Assembly: GCA_036351155.1 (NCBI GenBank)
Contig: JAZBOO010000310.1
Coordinates: 1-14,371, forward strand
Direction: 5' to 3'
From: Candidatus Krumholzibacteriia bacterium
Lineage (GTDB): Bacteria > Krumholzibacteriota > Krumholzibacteriia > LZORAL124-64-63
Length of the DNA: 14,371 nt
Numbering within the stretch: the stretch's first letter is position 1; every line of letters starts with the position of its first letter. Position numbers and translations under genes: made by a program. The notes under the pieces were generated by a model. The model ran no database searches and had not been told where the DNA came from. It was given only the letters and a program-made list of their open reading frames with translations. Shown piece after piece: positions 1-7,998 of this stretch.

Positions 1-77
1 ATCTGGATCTGCCCGCAGAGGAATTGCGGCAGCTTATCCTGCACCAGGTCCATTATCTGGACCAGGCCAGTCCCTGA
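1..77 (+). CDS. 3' end of an unidentified gene entering from the left edge (partial)
   Basis: Frame starting at position 3 reads LDLPAEELRQLILHQVHYLDQASP then TGA (75-77), with mostly G/C-ending codons; stops 1 bp before the convergent ArsR stop. Too short to assign a product. Confidence 0.45.
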   Translation, partial: LDLPAEELRQLILHQVHYLDQASP

Positions 78-78
78 A

Positions 79-414
79 CTATTCTCCGTTCTGGCGGATC
101 ATGTCAGACAGGCTGACATGGTCCTCGAGCCGCTCCAGCAAGATCTGCCGGGTCAGGCTGCAGGCCTCGGAAATCTTGGTGCTGCGCAGGCTGTAATAGA
201 CGTTGATCCCATCCTTGCGCGTATTGACCACACCGGCCTGGCGCAAGACCGCCAGATGCTGCGATGTGTTGGCCTTGGGAATTTCCAGAATCTCGGCCAG
301 AGCGTTCACGGAAATTTCTTCACGCTCTTTCAAAATATCCAGGATTTCCAGACGCTTGGGGTTCGAGAGGGTCTTGCAAAGCTCGGCCTGCATCTCGTAG
401 AGCTTCTTTTCCAT
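79..414 (-). CDS. ArsR/SmtB-family winged-helix transcriptional regulator (111 aa)
   Basis: Family motifs LSNPKRLEIL, SQHLAVLRQAGVV and RKDGINVYYSL; SD-like AAGAGG upstream of ATG. Only cysteines are C13 and C85. Confidence 0.93.
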   Translation of the reverse strand: MEKKLYEMQAELCKTLSNPKRLEILDILKEREEISVNALAEILEIPKANTSQHLAVLRQAGVVNTRKDGINVYYSLRSTKISEACSLTRQILLERLEDHVSLSDMIRQNGE

Positions 415-495
415 GACATCAACCTCTTAAACTATCATAGGGCAGAAAGTTACGGTGACTTGCGAAAAAACCGCAATAGCTGTTTTACATTAAAC

Positions 496-524
496 AGGAT
501 AATGCCTGAACTTTCGAAAGTCAA
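496..524 (-). promoter_or_regulatory. Putative sigma70 promoter of the ArsR gene, overlapped by a 12-bp palindrome
   Basis: Minus strand TTGACT (524-519), 17-nt spacer, TATCCT (501-496). Perfect palindrome ACTTTCGAAAGT at 510-521 overlaps the -35 and spacer. Confidence 0.6.
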
Positions 525-574
525 AATCTATTTTATTCACAGTTTCATAACTATTAGCTGTCGATCATGTAGAT

Positions 575-1504
575 CTACAAACCGGCGGGCATTTGAAACT
601 TCACATTTTCCTGCAAAGTGACCATTTCTTCAGGGGTCCAGTTCCGGGCGGCCAGGGCCTTCACCACGGCTTGCACCAGGTGTTCGGGGGCCGAGGCACC
701 CGCGGTCAATCCCACGCAGGTCTTGCCGTCAAGGTCCACCCGGTCCAGGTCCTCCGCGCCATCGATCAGGTCGGCCGAAACCCCGTGGTTCAACGCCACC
801 TCGCAGAGCCGCCGGCTGTTGCTGCTGGACTCCGAACCCACCACCAGCAGATGATCGATGCCCTCCTTGACCAGGGCCTTGACCGCATCCTGCCGATTCT
901 GGGTGGCATAGCAGATGTCGCTCTTGCGGGGTTCGATCAGGTGGACGAACCGGGCCTTGAGAGCCTCCACGATTTCCGCGGTTTCGTCCACGCTCAAGGT
1001 GGTCTGCGTGGCGTAGGCCACCTGGGCATCGGGGGCAAACTCGAGTGCCGCCACATCCCCCACGCTGGTCACCAGGGTCATGCGCCCGGGGGCCTCTCCC
1101 ATGGTCCCCAGCACCTCGTCGTGACCGGCGTGGCCAATGAGGACCATCTCGTGGCCATCGTTCACCTGCTTGATCACCTCGTGATGCACCTTGGTCACCA
1201 GGGGACAGGTCGCGTCGATGCTCCGCAACCCCCGTTGCTCCGCTTCATCGCGCACCGCAGGCGCAATTCCGTGGGCGCTGAACACCACGGTGCTGCCATC
1301 GGGAACCTCGTCCAGCTCGTCCACAAAGACCACGCCGCGACTCTTGAAGTCTTCCACCACCGCCTTGTTGTGCACGATTTCCTTCCGCACGTAAAGCGGC
1401 GTACCCTGGCTTTCGAGCAACCGGTCCACCACGGCAATGGCCCGCTCCACTCCGGCACAGAATCCTCGCGGGTTGACGATCAAGAGGCGCTGAACAGATG
1501 ACAT
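575..1504 (-). CDS. ispH: 4-hydroxy-3-methylbut-2-enyl diphosphate reductase (IspH/LytB), 309 aa
   Basis: Hallmark motifs PRGFCAGVERAI, SAHG, DATCPLVTKVH, GHAGHDEV, QTT, DICYATQNRQ, SSNS, TAGASAPE; three Fe-S cysteines; AGGA 8 nt before ATG. Confidence 0.97.
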   Translation of the reverse strand: MSSVQRLLIVNPRGFCAGVERAIAVVDRLLESQGTPLYVRKEIVHNKAVVEDFKSRGVVFVDELDEVPDGSTVVFSAHGIAPAVRDEAEQRGLRSIDATCPLVTKVHHEVIKQVNDGHEMVLIGHAGHDEVLGTMGEAPGRMTLVTSVGDVAALEFAPDAQVAYATQTTLSVDETAEIVEALKARFVHLIEPRKSDICYATQNRQDAVKALVKEGIDHLLVVGSESSSNSRRLCEVALNHGVSADLIDGAEDLDRVDLDGKTCVGLTAGASAPEHLVQAVVKALAARNWTPEEMVTLQENVKFQMPAGL

Positions 1505-1639
1505 GGCGATGATCCTGCGGTTGAAGACATGGAAACCGGGAAAGCCACATGGTAATGCGGATCACAGCCACAAGCCAACGCAGGATTCCCACCAGATCAC
1601 TAGCTATTGAAAGCCTGCAATCATTTCTTGCTCAAGATC

Positions 1640-1659
1640 GCTATTTGCAGTCTAATAGC
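1640..1659. promoter_or_regulatory. Inverted repeat GCTATT-N8-AATAGC next to the -35 box; candidate transcription-factor site
   Basis: Perfect 6-8-6 dyad ending 1 bp before TTGACA (1661). Confidence 0.4.
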
Positions 1660-1660
1660 C

Positions 1661-1688
1661 TTGACAAGGTCTCCTGATGCATTATTAT
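1661..1688 (+). promoter_or_regulatory. Putative sigma70 promoter of the DUF2892-TolC-RND operon
   Basis: Consensus TTGACA (1661-1666), 16-nt spacer, TATTAT (1683-1688) in an AT-rich intergenic island. Confidence 0.65.
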
Positions 1689-1703
1689 ATTCCGGATCAA
1701 TCG

Positions 1704-1721
1704 TATTAGAATATTCGCATT
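1704..1721. promoter_or_regulatory. Candidate ArsR-family operator downstream of the -10 box
   Basis: Imperfect dyad TATTA-GAATATTC-GCATT centred on palindrome GAATATTC (1709-1716); ATTA-N8-GCAT resembles the ATTC-N8-GAAT boxes of SqrR-type repressors. Confidence 0.45.
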
Positions 1722-1770
1722 TAATCGACAGGAAAAATAAAACCTCGTCGGCACGAAAAGGGGGCACCCC

Positions 1771-1962
1771 ATGACCGTCACTCGCATTGTCCACATTGTG
1801 GCCGGGACCTTCATCCTGGCCAGCCTGGCCCTGGCCCACTACGTGAATCCTCGGTGGCTGTGGTTCACGGCTTTCGTGGGCTTCAATCTCTTGCAAAGCG
1901 GATTCACCAACTGGTGTCTGATGTCCACCTTGTTGAAAAAGACCGGGCTCAAGGATGCCTGA
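1771..1962 (+). CDS. DUF2892 (YgaP-like) small membrane protein, 63 aa
   Basis: Two hydrophobic helices and the family pattern WLWFTAFVGFNLLQSGFTNWCL..LLKKTG with conserved Cys; SD-like AAGGGGG upstream; first gene of the operon. Confidence 0.88.
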   Translation: MTVTRIVHIVAGTFILASLALAHYVNPRWLWFTAFVGFNLLQSGFTNWCLMSTLLKKTGLKDA

Positions 1963-3436
1963 AAACTCCAGGAAGGTTTGCTCCATGTTTCGATGGATGT
2001 TGATCTGTGCCTTTGTCGCACTTGGCGGCTGGGGTGGCCTGGCCACCGCCGCGGCGACCGAGGACGCCAGCCCCCTGGCCCAGCTGGGCTCGGTTCAGGG
2101 GGACACCCTGTACGTGGTTCGGGACAAGGTGATTGCCGCCGCCCTGGCCCACAACGAGATGCTGGCCGCCAGCGGGGCCATGCGCGATGCGGCCGAAGCC
2201 GACGCCCTGGGCGCCTGGCGCGGTTTTCTTCCCCAGGTTCACCTGGGCGAGTTCTACATGCGCAGCGACGATGCCCTGTCCAGCTTCGGCTTCAAGCTGC
2301 AGAACCGGGGGGTCACCCCCCTGGACTTCGGGATCGCCCCGACGGGTTTCATTTCCGAGAACATCAACCAGCCGGGTGAGACCAACAACTACATCACCCG
2401 GATCCAGCTGTTGCAGCCCATCTTCAACGGCGGAATGGGAATCCACGGAAAAAAGGCGGCCAACGCCGCCAGTCGCGCCGCGGGCTTGAAACACCAGCGG
2501 GCCGAGGAGACCATTCGCTTCCAGGCCATCCAGGCCTTCGAAGGCCTGAAGCTGGCCAAGGCCTACGAAGGCGTCATGCTGGCTGCGGTGGCTTCGGCGG
2601 AAGGCCATGTGCGCCAGGCCCAGTCCCTGGTGGACAACGAGATGGCCACCGAGGCCGACCTGCTGCAGGCCAAGGTTTTCCTGAGCGGCTTGAAGCAGCG
2701 GTTGATCGAGGTGCGGAACATGATGGCCATCGCCGGCGAGAACATCAAGCTGCTGACCGCCGTCCAGACACCCCTTCCGCTCCGGGCGAGCACCGAAGAC
2801 CAGGGAGGCTCCCGTCCCACTCGGTTCGATCTGGAAGCGGGGGTCGTGGCCAGGCGCAGTGACATCCTGGCCCGGCGCGAGGAAGCCCGCGCCGCCGGGA
2901 ACATGGTGGGCGTGGCTACAGGTGCGGTGCTTCCGCACCTGAACCTGAGTCTGCAACGCGACTGGTACGACCTGGAAAACCTGTTCGGCACCAATGCCAG
3001 CAGCTGGACCCTGGGCGTGTACGCCACCATGGGCTTCGGCGTGGAGAACCTGGGTGAGATCAAGAAGGCCAAGGCCCACAAGCGGGCCGCGGAGCACATG
3101 GCAGATTTCGAAACCCGGCAGGCCAAGGTCCAGGCCACCCAGGCCTGGCTTGGCGTTCAGGCCGCCCACGAAAAAGTGCTGGTGGCCCTGGACTCCGTGA
3201 CGGCTGCTCGTGAAGGTTTGCGGATCGTCACCAACCAGTACCGCGAGGGGCTGGCCAGCATGGTCAACCTGCTGGACACCCAGGCGGCGGCCACCATGGC
3301 CGAAGGCCATCTGGTCCAGGCCCGGCATGATTACCTGGTGGGACTGGCCAATCTCGAATTTTCCGGGGCGCGACCTCTGACCCCGGACGCCCAGCAGACA
3401 ACCGAAACCCACATTCCGGCCCCGAGCGGCCAGTAA
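1955..3436 (+). CDS. TolC-family outer membrane efflux protein (alternative start ATG 1985)
   Basis: Signal peptide MFRWMLICAFVALGGWGGLATAAA; OEP-type segments AALAHN, FLPQV, LLQPIFNGG, LPHLNL, QYREGLASMVNLLDTQ; 8-bp overlap with DUF2892 if it starts at 1955. Confidence 0.9.
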   Translation: MPENSRKVCSMFRWMLICAFVALGGWGGLATAAATEDASPLAQLGSVQGDTLYVVRDKVIAAALAHNEMLAASGAMRDAAEADALGAWRGFLPQVHLGEFYMRSDDALSSFGFKLQNRGVTPLDFGIAPTGFISENINQPGETNNYITRIQLLQPIFNGGMGIHGKKAANAASRAAGLKHQRAEETIRFQAIQAFEGLKLAKAYEGVMLAAVASAEGHVRQAQSLVDNEMATEADLLQAKVFLSGLKQRLIEVRNMMAIAGENIKLLTAVQTPLPLRASTEDQGGSRPTRFDLEAGVVARRSDILARREEARAAGNMVGVATGAVLPHLNLSLQRDWYDLENLFGTNASSWTLGVYATMGFGVENLGEIKKAKAHKRAAEHMADFETRQAKVQATQAWLGVQAAHEKVLVALDSVTAAREGLRIVTNQYREGLASMVNLLDTQAAATMAEGHLVQARHDYLVGLANLEFSGARPLTPDAQQTTETHIPAPSGQ

Positions 3437-3454
3437 TACAGGAGGCAGCCTGAA

Positions 3455-4543
3455 ATGGCTTGTGTGCATGTTCCCCGTTTCCATACCGCCCTGCTGGGGC
3501 TGGCCCTGCTCGCCGCCACGGTCCTGGCCGGTTGCGGTTCCGATGCCGAAACCGCGGCGCCCGAACCCAAGGACGTCAGTTGCACCACCGGTCAGGCCAC
3601 CCTGACCGAGGTGCCCCGTTACGTGACCGCCACCGGTGGGCTGGAGGCCGACAAGTCGGTCATGGTGTCCACCCGCATGATGGGCTGGGTCCAGAAGATC
3701 CACATCGAGGAAGGCCATGCCGTGAGCAAGGGCTCCCCGTTGTTGAGTATCGATGACACGGACCTGCTGGCCAAGAAGGCCCAGGCTGAGGCCGGCATTG
3801 CCGAGGCCAAAGCCGTGCTGGCCAACGCCGAGAAAATGGCCGCGCGTTTCGAGCGCCTCTACGAAGACAAGTCCGTGTCCAGGGCCCAGCTGGACGACGT
3901 GCTGACCGGGCGGGATCGTGCGGCGGCCGGGGTCAAGATGGCCAAGGCGGGTCTGCAAGAAGTGAATGTCCACCTCAGCTATCTGGACATCGTCGCGCCC
4001 AGCGATGGCGTGGTTGCGCGCACGATGGTTGAAGAAGGCGACATGGCCAACCCCGGCATGCCCCTGCTGATCCTGGAGCAAACCCAGGTCATCAAAGTCG
4101 TCGCCCATGTGGGTGAAAAGGATATCGCCGGCATGAAAGCTGGCGACACCGTGCTGGTGAGCGTGGGCAGCGCCTCGACCCAGGAGTACACCGCCACCAT
4201 TGACCGGATCATCCCCTCGGCCAACCCCGGCAGCCGCACCTACGACATCGAGGCCACCCTGGACAACAGTGACGGCCAGCTCCGTAGCGGCATGTTTGCT
4301 CGCGTGCGGGTGCCGGTGTCCCGTCGGCAGGCTGTTCTGGTACCCGCCGAGGCCATCATCCGCCGCGGCCAGCTCACGGGCGTGTGGATCGTTGACCAGA
4401 ATCAGGCCGCCCACCTGCGGTGGGTGCGGCTGGGTCACCCTCAGGGCAGCCAGGTCGAGGTCCTGAGTGGTCTGTCCGGCAGCGAAACCGTGGTGTTGAC
4501 CAGCCGACAGCCTCTGGCCGAGGGCGACAAGGTGGTGAACTGA
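3455..4543 (+). CDS. RND efflux periplasmic adaptor (membrane fusion protein), lipoprotein, 362 aa
   Basis: Lipobox LAGC; lipoyl/hairpin motifs GWVQKIHIEEGHAVSKGSPLL and IVAPSDGVV; beta-barrel motifs NPGSRTY and LRSGMFARV; GGAGG at 3441-3445. Confidence 0.95.
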   Translation: MACVHVPRFHTALLGLALLAATVLAGCGSDAETAAPEPKDVSCTTGQATLTEVPRYVTATGGLEADKSVMVSTRMMGWVQKIHIEEGHAVSKGSPLLSIDDTDLLAKKAQAEAGIAEAKAVLANAEKMAARFERLYEDKSVSRAQLDDVLTGRDRAAAGVKMAKAGLQEVNVHLSYLDIVAPSDGVVARTMVEEGDMANPGMPLLILEQTQVIKVVAHVGEKDIAGMKAGDTVLVSVGSASTQEYTATIDRIIPSANPGSRTYDIEATLDNSDGQLRSGMFARVRVPVSRRQAVLVPAEAIIRRGQLTGVWIVDQNQAAHLRWVRLGHPQGSQVEVLSGLSGSETVVLTSRQPLAEGDKVVN

Positions 4544-4544
4544 C

Positions 4545-7500
4545 ATGGACCAGAATCAAACTCCAGAAAACGAGGTGCCCCGCTACGGCGGCGCCACCGG
4601 CCTGGCCCAGGTCTTCATCAACTCGAAGATCACGCCGCTGCTGATCATCGCCACCATTCTGCTGGGTCTCTTCGCCTTGACCTTGACGCCCCGCGAAGAA
4701 GAGCCCCAGATCGTGGTACCCATGATCGACGTGATGGTCATGCTGCCCGGAGCCAGCGCCGAAGAGGTCGAGAACATCATCACCCGGCCCATGGAACAGA
4801 AGATCTGGGAAATCGAGGACGTGGAGTATGTCTACAGTTCCAGCTTCCCCAGCTTCAGCATGGCCACGGCCCGCTTCCTGGTGGGCACCGACATGGAAGA
4901 GGCCATCACCCGGCTGAACAACAAGATGTTCGGCAATGCCGACCTGTGGCCCCAGGGCATGGCCGGACCGCCGCTGATCAAGGTGCGCAGCATCGACGAT
5001 GTGCCCATGATGACCCTGACCCTGTGGAGCGACCAGTACGAAGGGTACGACCTGCGCCAGCTGGCCGCCGAGGTCAAGAACGAGATCATGAGCATCACCG
5101 ATGTGTCGGTGACCGAGATCATGGGTGGACGCAAGCGGGCGGTGCAGGTGGAACTCGATCCCCAGCGGATGGCCGCCTTCAACATCACCACCCTGAGCAT
5201 TCTGCCGGCTTTGCAGATGCAGAACCAGAACTTGCCCTCGGGGGGATTCGCCGCGGGCAACAACCAGTTCACCGTGGAAACGGGCGTTTTTCTCCGCTCG
5301 GCCACCGATGTGGCCAACCTGGTGGTGGGCAGCTTTGGCGGACGGCCCGTGCGCCTGATGGACATCGCCACGGTGACGGACGGACCCGCCGAGGTGGACA
5401 GCTACACCTTCCTGGGTGTGGGTCCGGCCGGTGCCGAGAACGGGATTTCCCCCGAGTTCGGCGTGGGCCAGGAGTATCCGGCGGTGACCATCTCGGTGGC
5501 CAAGCGCATTGGCAGCGACGCCACCCGCGTGGCCAACGAGGTGCTGGACAAGATCGAGGTCGTCAAGGGCACACTCATTCCCGACGACGTGAACATGACC
5601 GTGACCCGCAACTACGGAGCCACCGCCAAGGCCAAGGCCGAGAATCTGATCTCCAACCTGGGACTGGCCATCTTCCTGGCGGTGGTCGTGGTGTTCCTGG
5701 CCATGGGCTGGCGCGGCGCCACCATCATTTTCCTGTCCATTCCCACCACCTTCAGCATGACCCTGTTCATCTATTACATCATGGGTTACACGCTGAACCG
5801 GGTGACCTTGTTCGCCCTCATCCTGGTGACCGGTATCGTGATCGACGCCACCATCATCGTGGTCGAGAACATGCACCGGCACTTCCAGATGAAGGGGAAC
5901 AACTCGCTCAAGACGGCCCTGGGGGCCATTCTCGAGGTGGGCAACCCCACCATCCTGGCCACCCTGACGGTGATTGCCAGCATGATGCCCATGGCCTTCG
6001 TGCGCGGGTTGATGGGGCCCTACATGGCCCCCATGCCCATCGGCGCTTCGCTGGCCATGGTGTTCAGCTTGCTGGTGGCCTTGACCATCAGTCCCTGGCT
6101 GGCCATTCGGCTGCTCAAGCCCAAGCAGCGCTGGCGGGAAGACACCGATGGTGAAGGTTCCCTGGGCGGGCACGATGTGGACGGATACAGCCTGCACCAG
6201 ACCCCCATCTATCGCACCTACAACAAGCTGGTGCGTCCCCTGGTGGAGACGCCGGCCAAGGGCATCCTGGCGCTGAGCATCGTCGCCTTGCTGACGGCCG
6301 CCTCGTGTGTGCTGTTCGTCACGCGCACGGTGCAGGTGAAGATGCTGCCCTTCGACAACAAGAGCGAGTTCCAGGTGATCATCGACACTCCCGAGGGCAC
6401 CACGCTGGAGACCACAACCCAGCTGGCCCGCGAGATTGGCGACTACCTGAGCACCCAGCCCGAGGTCACGGACTACCAGATCTACAGCGGCACCGCCGCC
6501 CCCGTGAACTTCAGCGGTTTGGTGCGGCACTACATGATGCGTCAGGGTCCCAACGTGGCGGACATCCAGGTGAACCTGGTGGACAAGGAACAGCGCAGCG
6601 ACCAGAGCCACGCCCTGGCCAAGCGCGTGCGTGGACCCATCGTGGAGCTGGCGGACAAGTTCGGTGCCGCGGTGAAGGTGGTCGAGGTGCCGCCCGGGCC
6701 TCCCGTGCTGTCCACCCTGGTCGCCGAGGTGTACGGCCCCACCTTCGAGGGTCGGGTCGAGGTGGCTCGGCAGATCAAGGAGATCTTCGAGAACACGCCC
6801 GGCGTGGTGGACATTGACTGGTATGTGGAAGATGACCAGACCCGGTACGAATTCGTGGTCGACGCCAACCGCGCCGCGGTGCGCGGGGTGAGCACCCAGC
6901 AGGTGGCCATGACCCTGGGCGTGGCCTTGAACGGATACGACGGCGGCATCGTCCACGTGGACGAATCGGCCGAGCGCGTGCCCATCAACCTGCGGCTGCC
7001 CGTCGCCGACCGGAGCAGCACCGAAAGCCTGAACGATCTGTACGTGTACAGTCAGGCCGGCGCGCTGGTTCCCCTGTCGGATGTGGTGGAGATCAAGGAG
7101 ACCGTCAACGACAAGAGCCGGCACCGGCGCAATCTCAAGTCGGTGGTCTACGTGACCGCCGATGTGGCCGGCGAACTGGAGTCGCCGGTGTACGCCATCC
7201 TGGACATGAAGAAACAGATCCAGGAACTGACCATGCCTGACGGTTCGGAGATGGAGGTGCTTTCCACGGTGCAACCCCTGACCGAAGAGGGTTACGCCAT
7301 GAAGTGGGACGGAGAGTGGCACATCACGTTCGAGGTGTTCCGCGACCTGGGCATCAGCTTCGCCGTGGTGCTGGTGATCATCTATCTGCTGATCGTCGGC
7401 ATGTTCCAGAACTTCACCGTGCCGCTGTTGATGATGATCCCCATTCCTCTGACCCTGGTGGGCATCATTCCCGGGCACCTGATGTTCAACGCCTTCTTCA

Positions 7501-7808
7501 CGGCAACATCCATGATCGGGGTGATCGCACTGGCCGGCATCATGGTCCGCAACAGCGTGCTGTTGATCGATTTCATCGAGACCCGGCTGAAGGAAGGACT
7601 GGACCTGAAAGATGCCGTCATTGAAGCGGGGGCTGTGCGGTTCTTGCCCATCGCCCTGACGGCCGGCACGGTGGTGACGGGTTCGTTCGTCATGGTGTTC
7701 GACCCCATCTTCCAGGGTCTGGCCATCTCGCTGATGATGGGCTCATTGCTTTCGACCGTGCTGACGGTGGTGGTCATTCCCCTGGCCTACTACCTGTACA
7801 AGAGGTAA
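4545..7808 (+). CDS. RND efflux transporter permease (AcrB/CzcA superfamily), 1087 aa
   Basis: Typical size and topology; PREEEPQIVVPMIDV, PGASAEEVE, TM4 GIVIDATIIVVEN, TM10 GIMVRNSVLLIDF, TM11 RFLPIALT; coupled to the adaptor by TGA-C-ATG. Confidence 0.96.
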   Translation: MDQNQTPENEVPRYGGATGLAQVFINSKITPLLIIATILLGLFALTLTPREEEPQIVVPMIDVMVMLPGASAEEVENIITRPMEQKIWEIEDVEYVYSSSFPSFSMATARFLVGTDMEEAITRLNNKMFGNADLWPQGMAGPPLIKVRSIDDVPMMTLTLWSDQYEGYDLRQLAAEVKNEIMSITDVSVTEIMGGRKRAVQVELDPQRMAAFNITTLSILPALQMQNQNLPSGGFAAGNNQFTVETGVFLRSATDVANLVVGSFGGRPVRLMDIATVTDGPAEVDSYTFLGVGPAGAENGISPEFGVGQEYPAVTISVAKRIGSDATRVANEVLDKIEVVKGTLIPDDVNMTVTRNYGATAKAKAENLISNLGLAIFLAVVVVFLAMGWRGATIIFLSIPTTFSMTLFIYYIMGYTLNRVTLFALILVTGIVIDATIIVVENMHRHFQMKGNNSLKTALGAILEVGNPTILATLTVIASMMPMAFVRGLMGPYMAPMPIGASLAMVFSLLVALTISPWLAIRLLKPKQRWREDTDGEGSLGGHDVDGYSLHQTPIYRTYNKLVRPLVETPAKGILALSIVALLTAASCVLFVTRTVQVKMLPFDNKSEFQVIIDTPEGTTLETTTQLAREIGDYLSTQPEVTDYQIYSGTAAPVNFSGLVRHYMMRQGPNVADIQVNLVDKEQRSDQSHALAKRVRGPIVELADKFGAAVKVVEVPPGPPVLSTLVAEVYGPTFEGRVEVARQIKEIFENTPGVVDIDWYVEDDQTRYEFVVDANRAAVRGVSTQQVAMTLGVALNGYDGGIVHVDESAERVPINLRLPVADRSSTESLNDLYVYSQAGALVPLSDVVEIKETVNDKSRHRRNLKSVVYVTADVAGELESPVYAILDMKKQIQELTMPDGSEMEVLSTVQPLTEEGYAMKWDGEWHITFEVFRDLGISFAVVLVIIYLLIVGMFQNFTVPLLMMIPIPLTLVGIIPGHLMFNAFFTATSMIGVIALAGIMVRNSVLLIDFIETRLKEGLDLKDAVIEAGAVRFLPIALTAGTVVTGSFVMVFDPIFQGLAISLMMGSLLSTVLTVVVIPLAYYLYKR

Positions 7809-7811
7809 GAA

Positions 7812-7860
7812 TGGCGGGCGCCCGGAAATGAGGATTTCTTTATTTCAGGGCGCCTTGCTA
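7812..7860 (+). terminator. Long stem-loop just after the RND stop (possible terminator or mRNA-stabilising hairpin)
   Basis: GGCGCCC (7817-7823) pairs with GGGCGCC (7848-7854), extended inward by GAAATGAGG/CTTTATTTC with G-U pairs; no strong U-tract follows. Confidence 0.45.
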
Positions 7861-7963
7861 AATTTATCCCGAAAACGTGACGACTTGCTAGCACCTTTAG
7901 TCAAAATTAGCAACATTCTGACCTTAATGAGCAAAACTTGAAGCGAAAAAGGTTAAATTTCCA

Positions 7964-7992
7964 TTGTTGGTCCCGATAATAAGGCATACTAT
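7964..7992 (+). promoter_or_regulatory. Putative sigma70 promoter for the intergenic RNA
   Basis: TTGTTG (7964-7969), 17-nt spacer, TACTAT (7987-7992); predicted start near 7999. Confidence 0.45.
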
Positions 7993-7998
7993 ATAGAT

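Noticed and set aside
118..1501. Plus-strand ORFs 118-621 and 593-1501
   Set aside because: Antisense shadows of the well-supported ArsR and ispH genes.
1949..7478. Very long minus-strand ORFs (865 aa and 1034 aa) opposite the TolC, adaptor and RND genes
   Set aside because: Typical antisense shadows of high-GC coding DNA; His/Gly/Gln/Val-rich translations with no recognisable motifs.
7907..7924. Minus-strand GG-N10-GC pattern (AGGTCAGAATGTTGCT) as a sigma54 promoter
   Set aside because: The -24 box matches TGGCAC poorly and there is no gene for it to drive.
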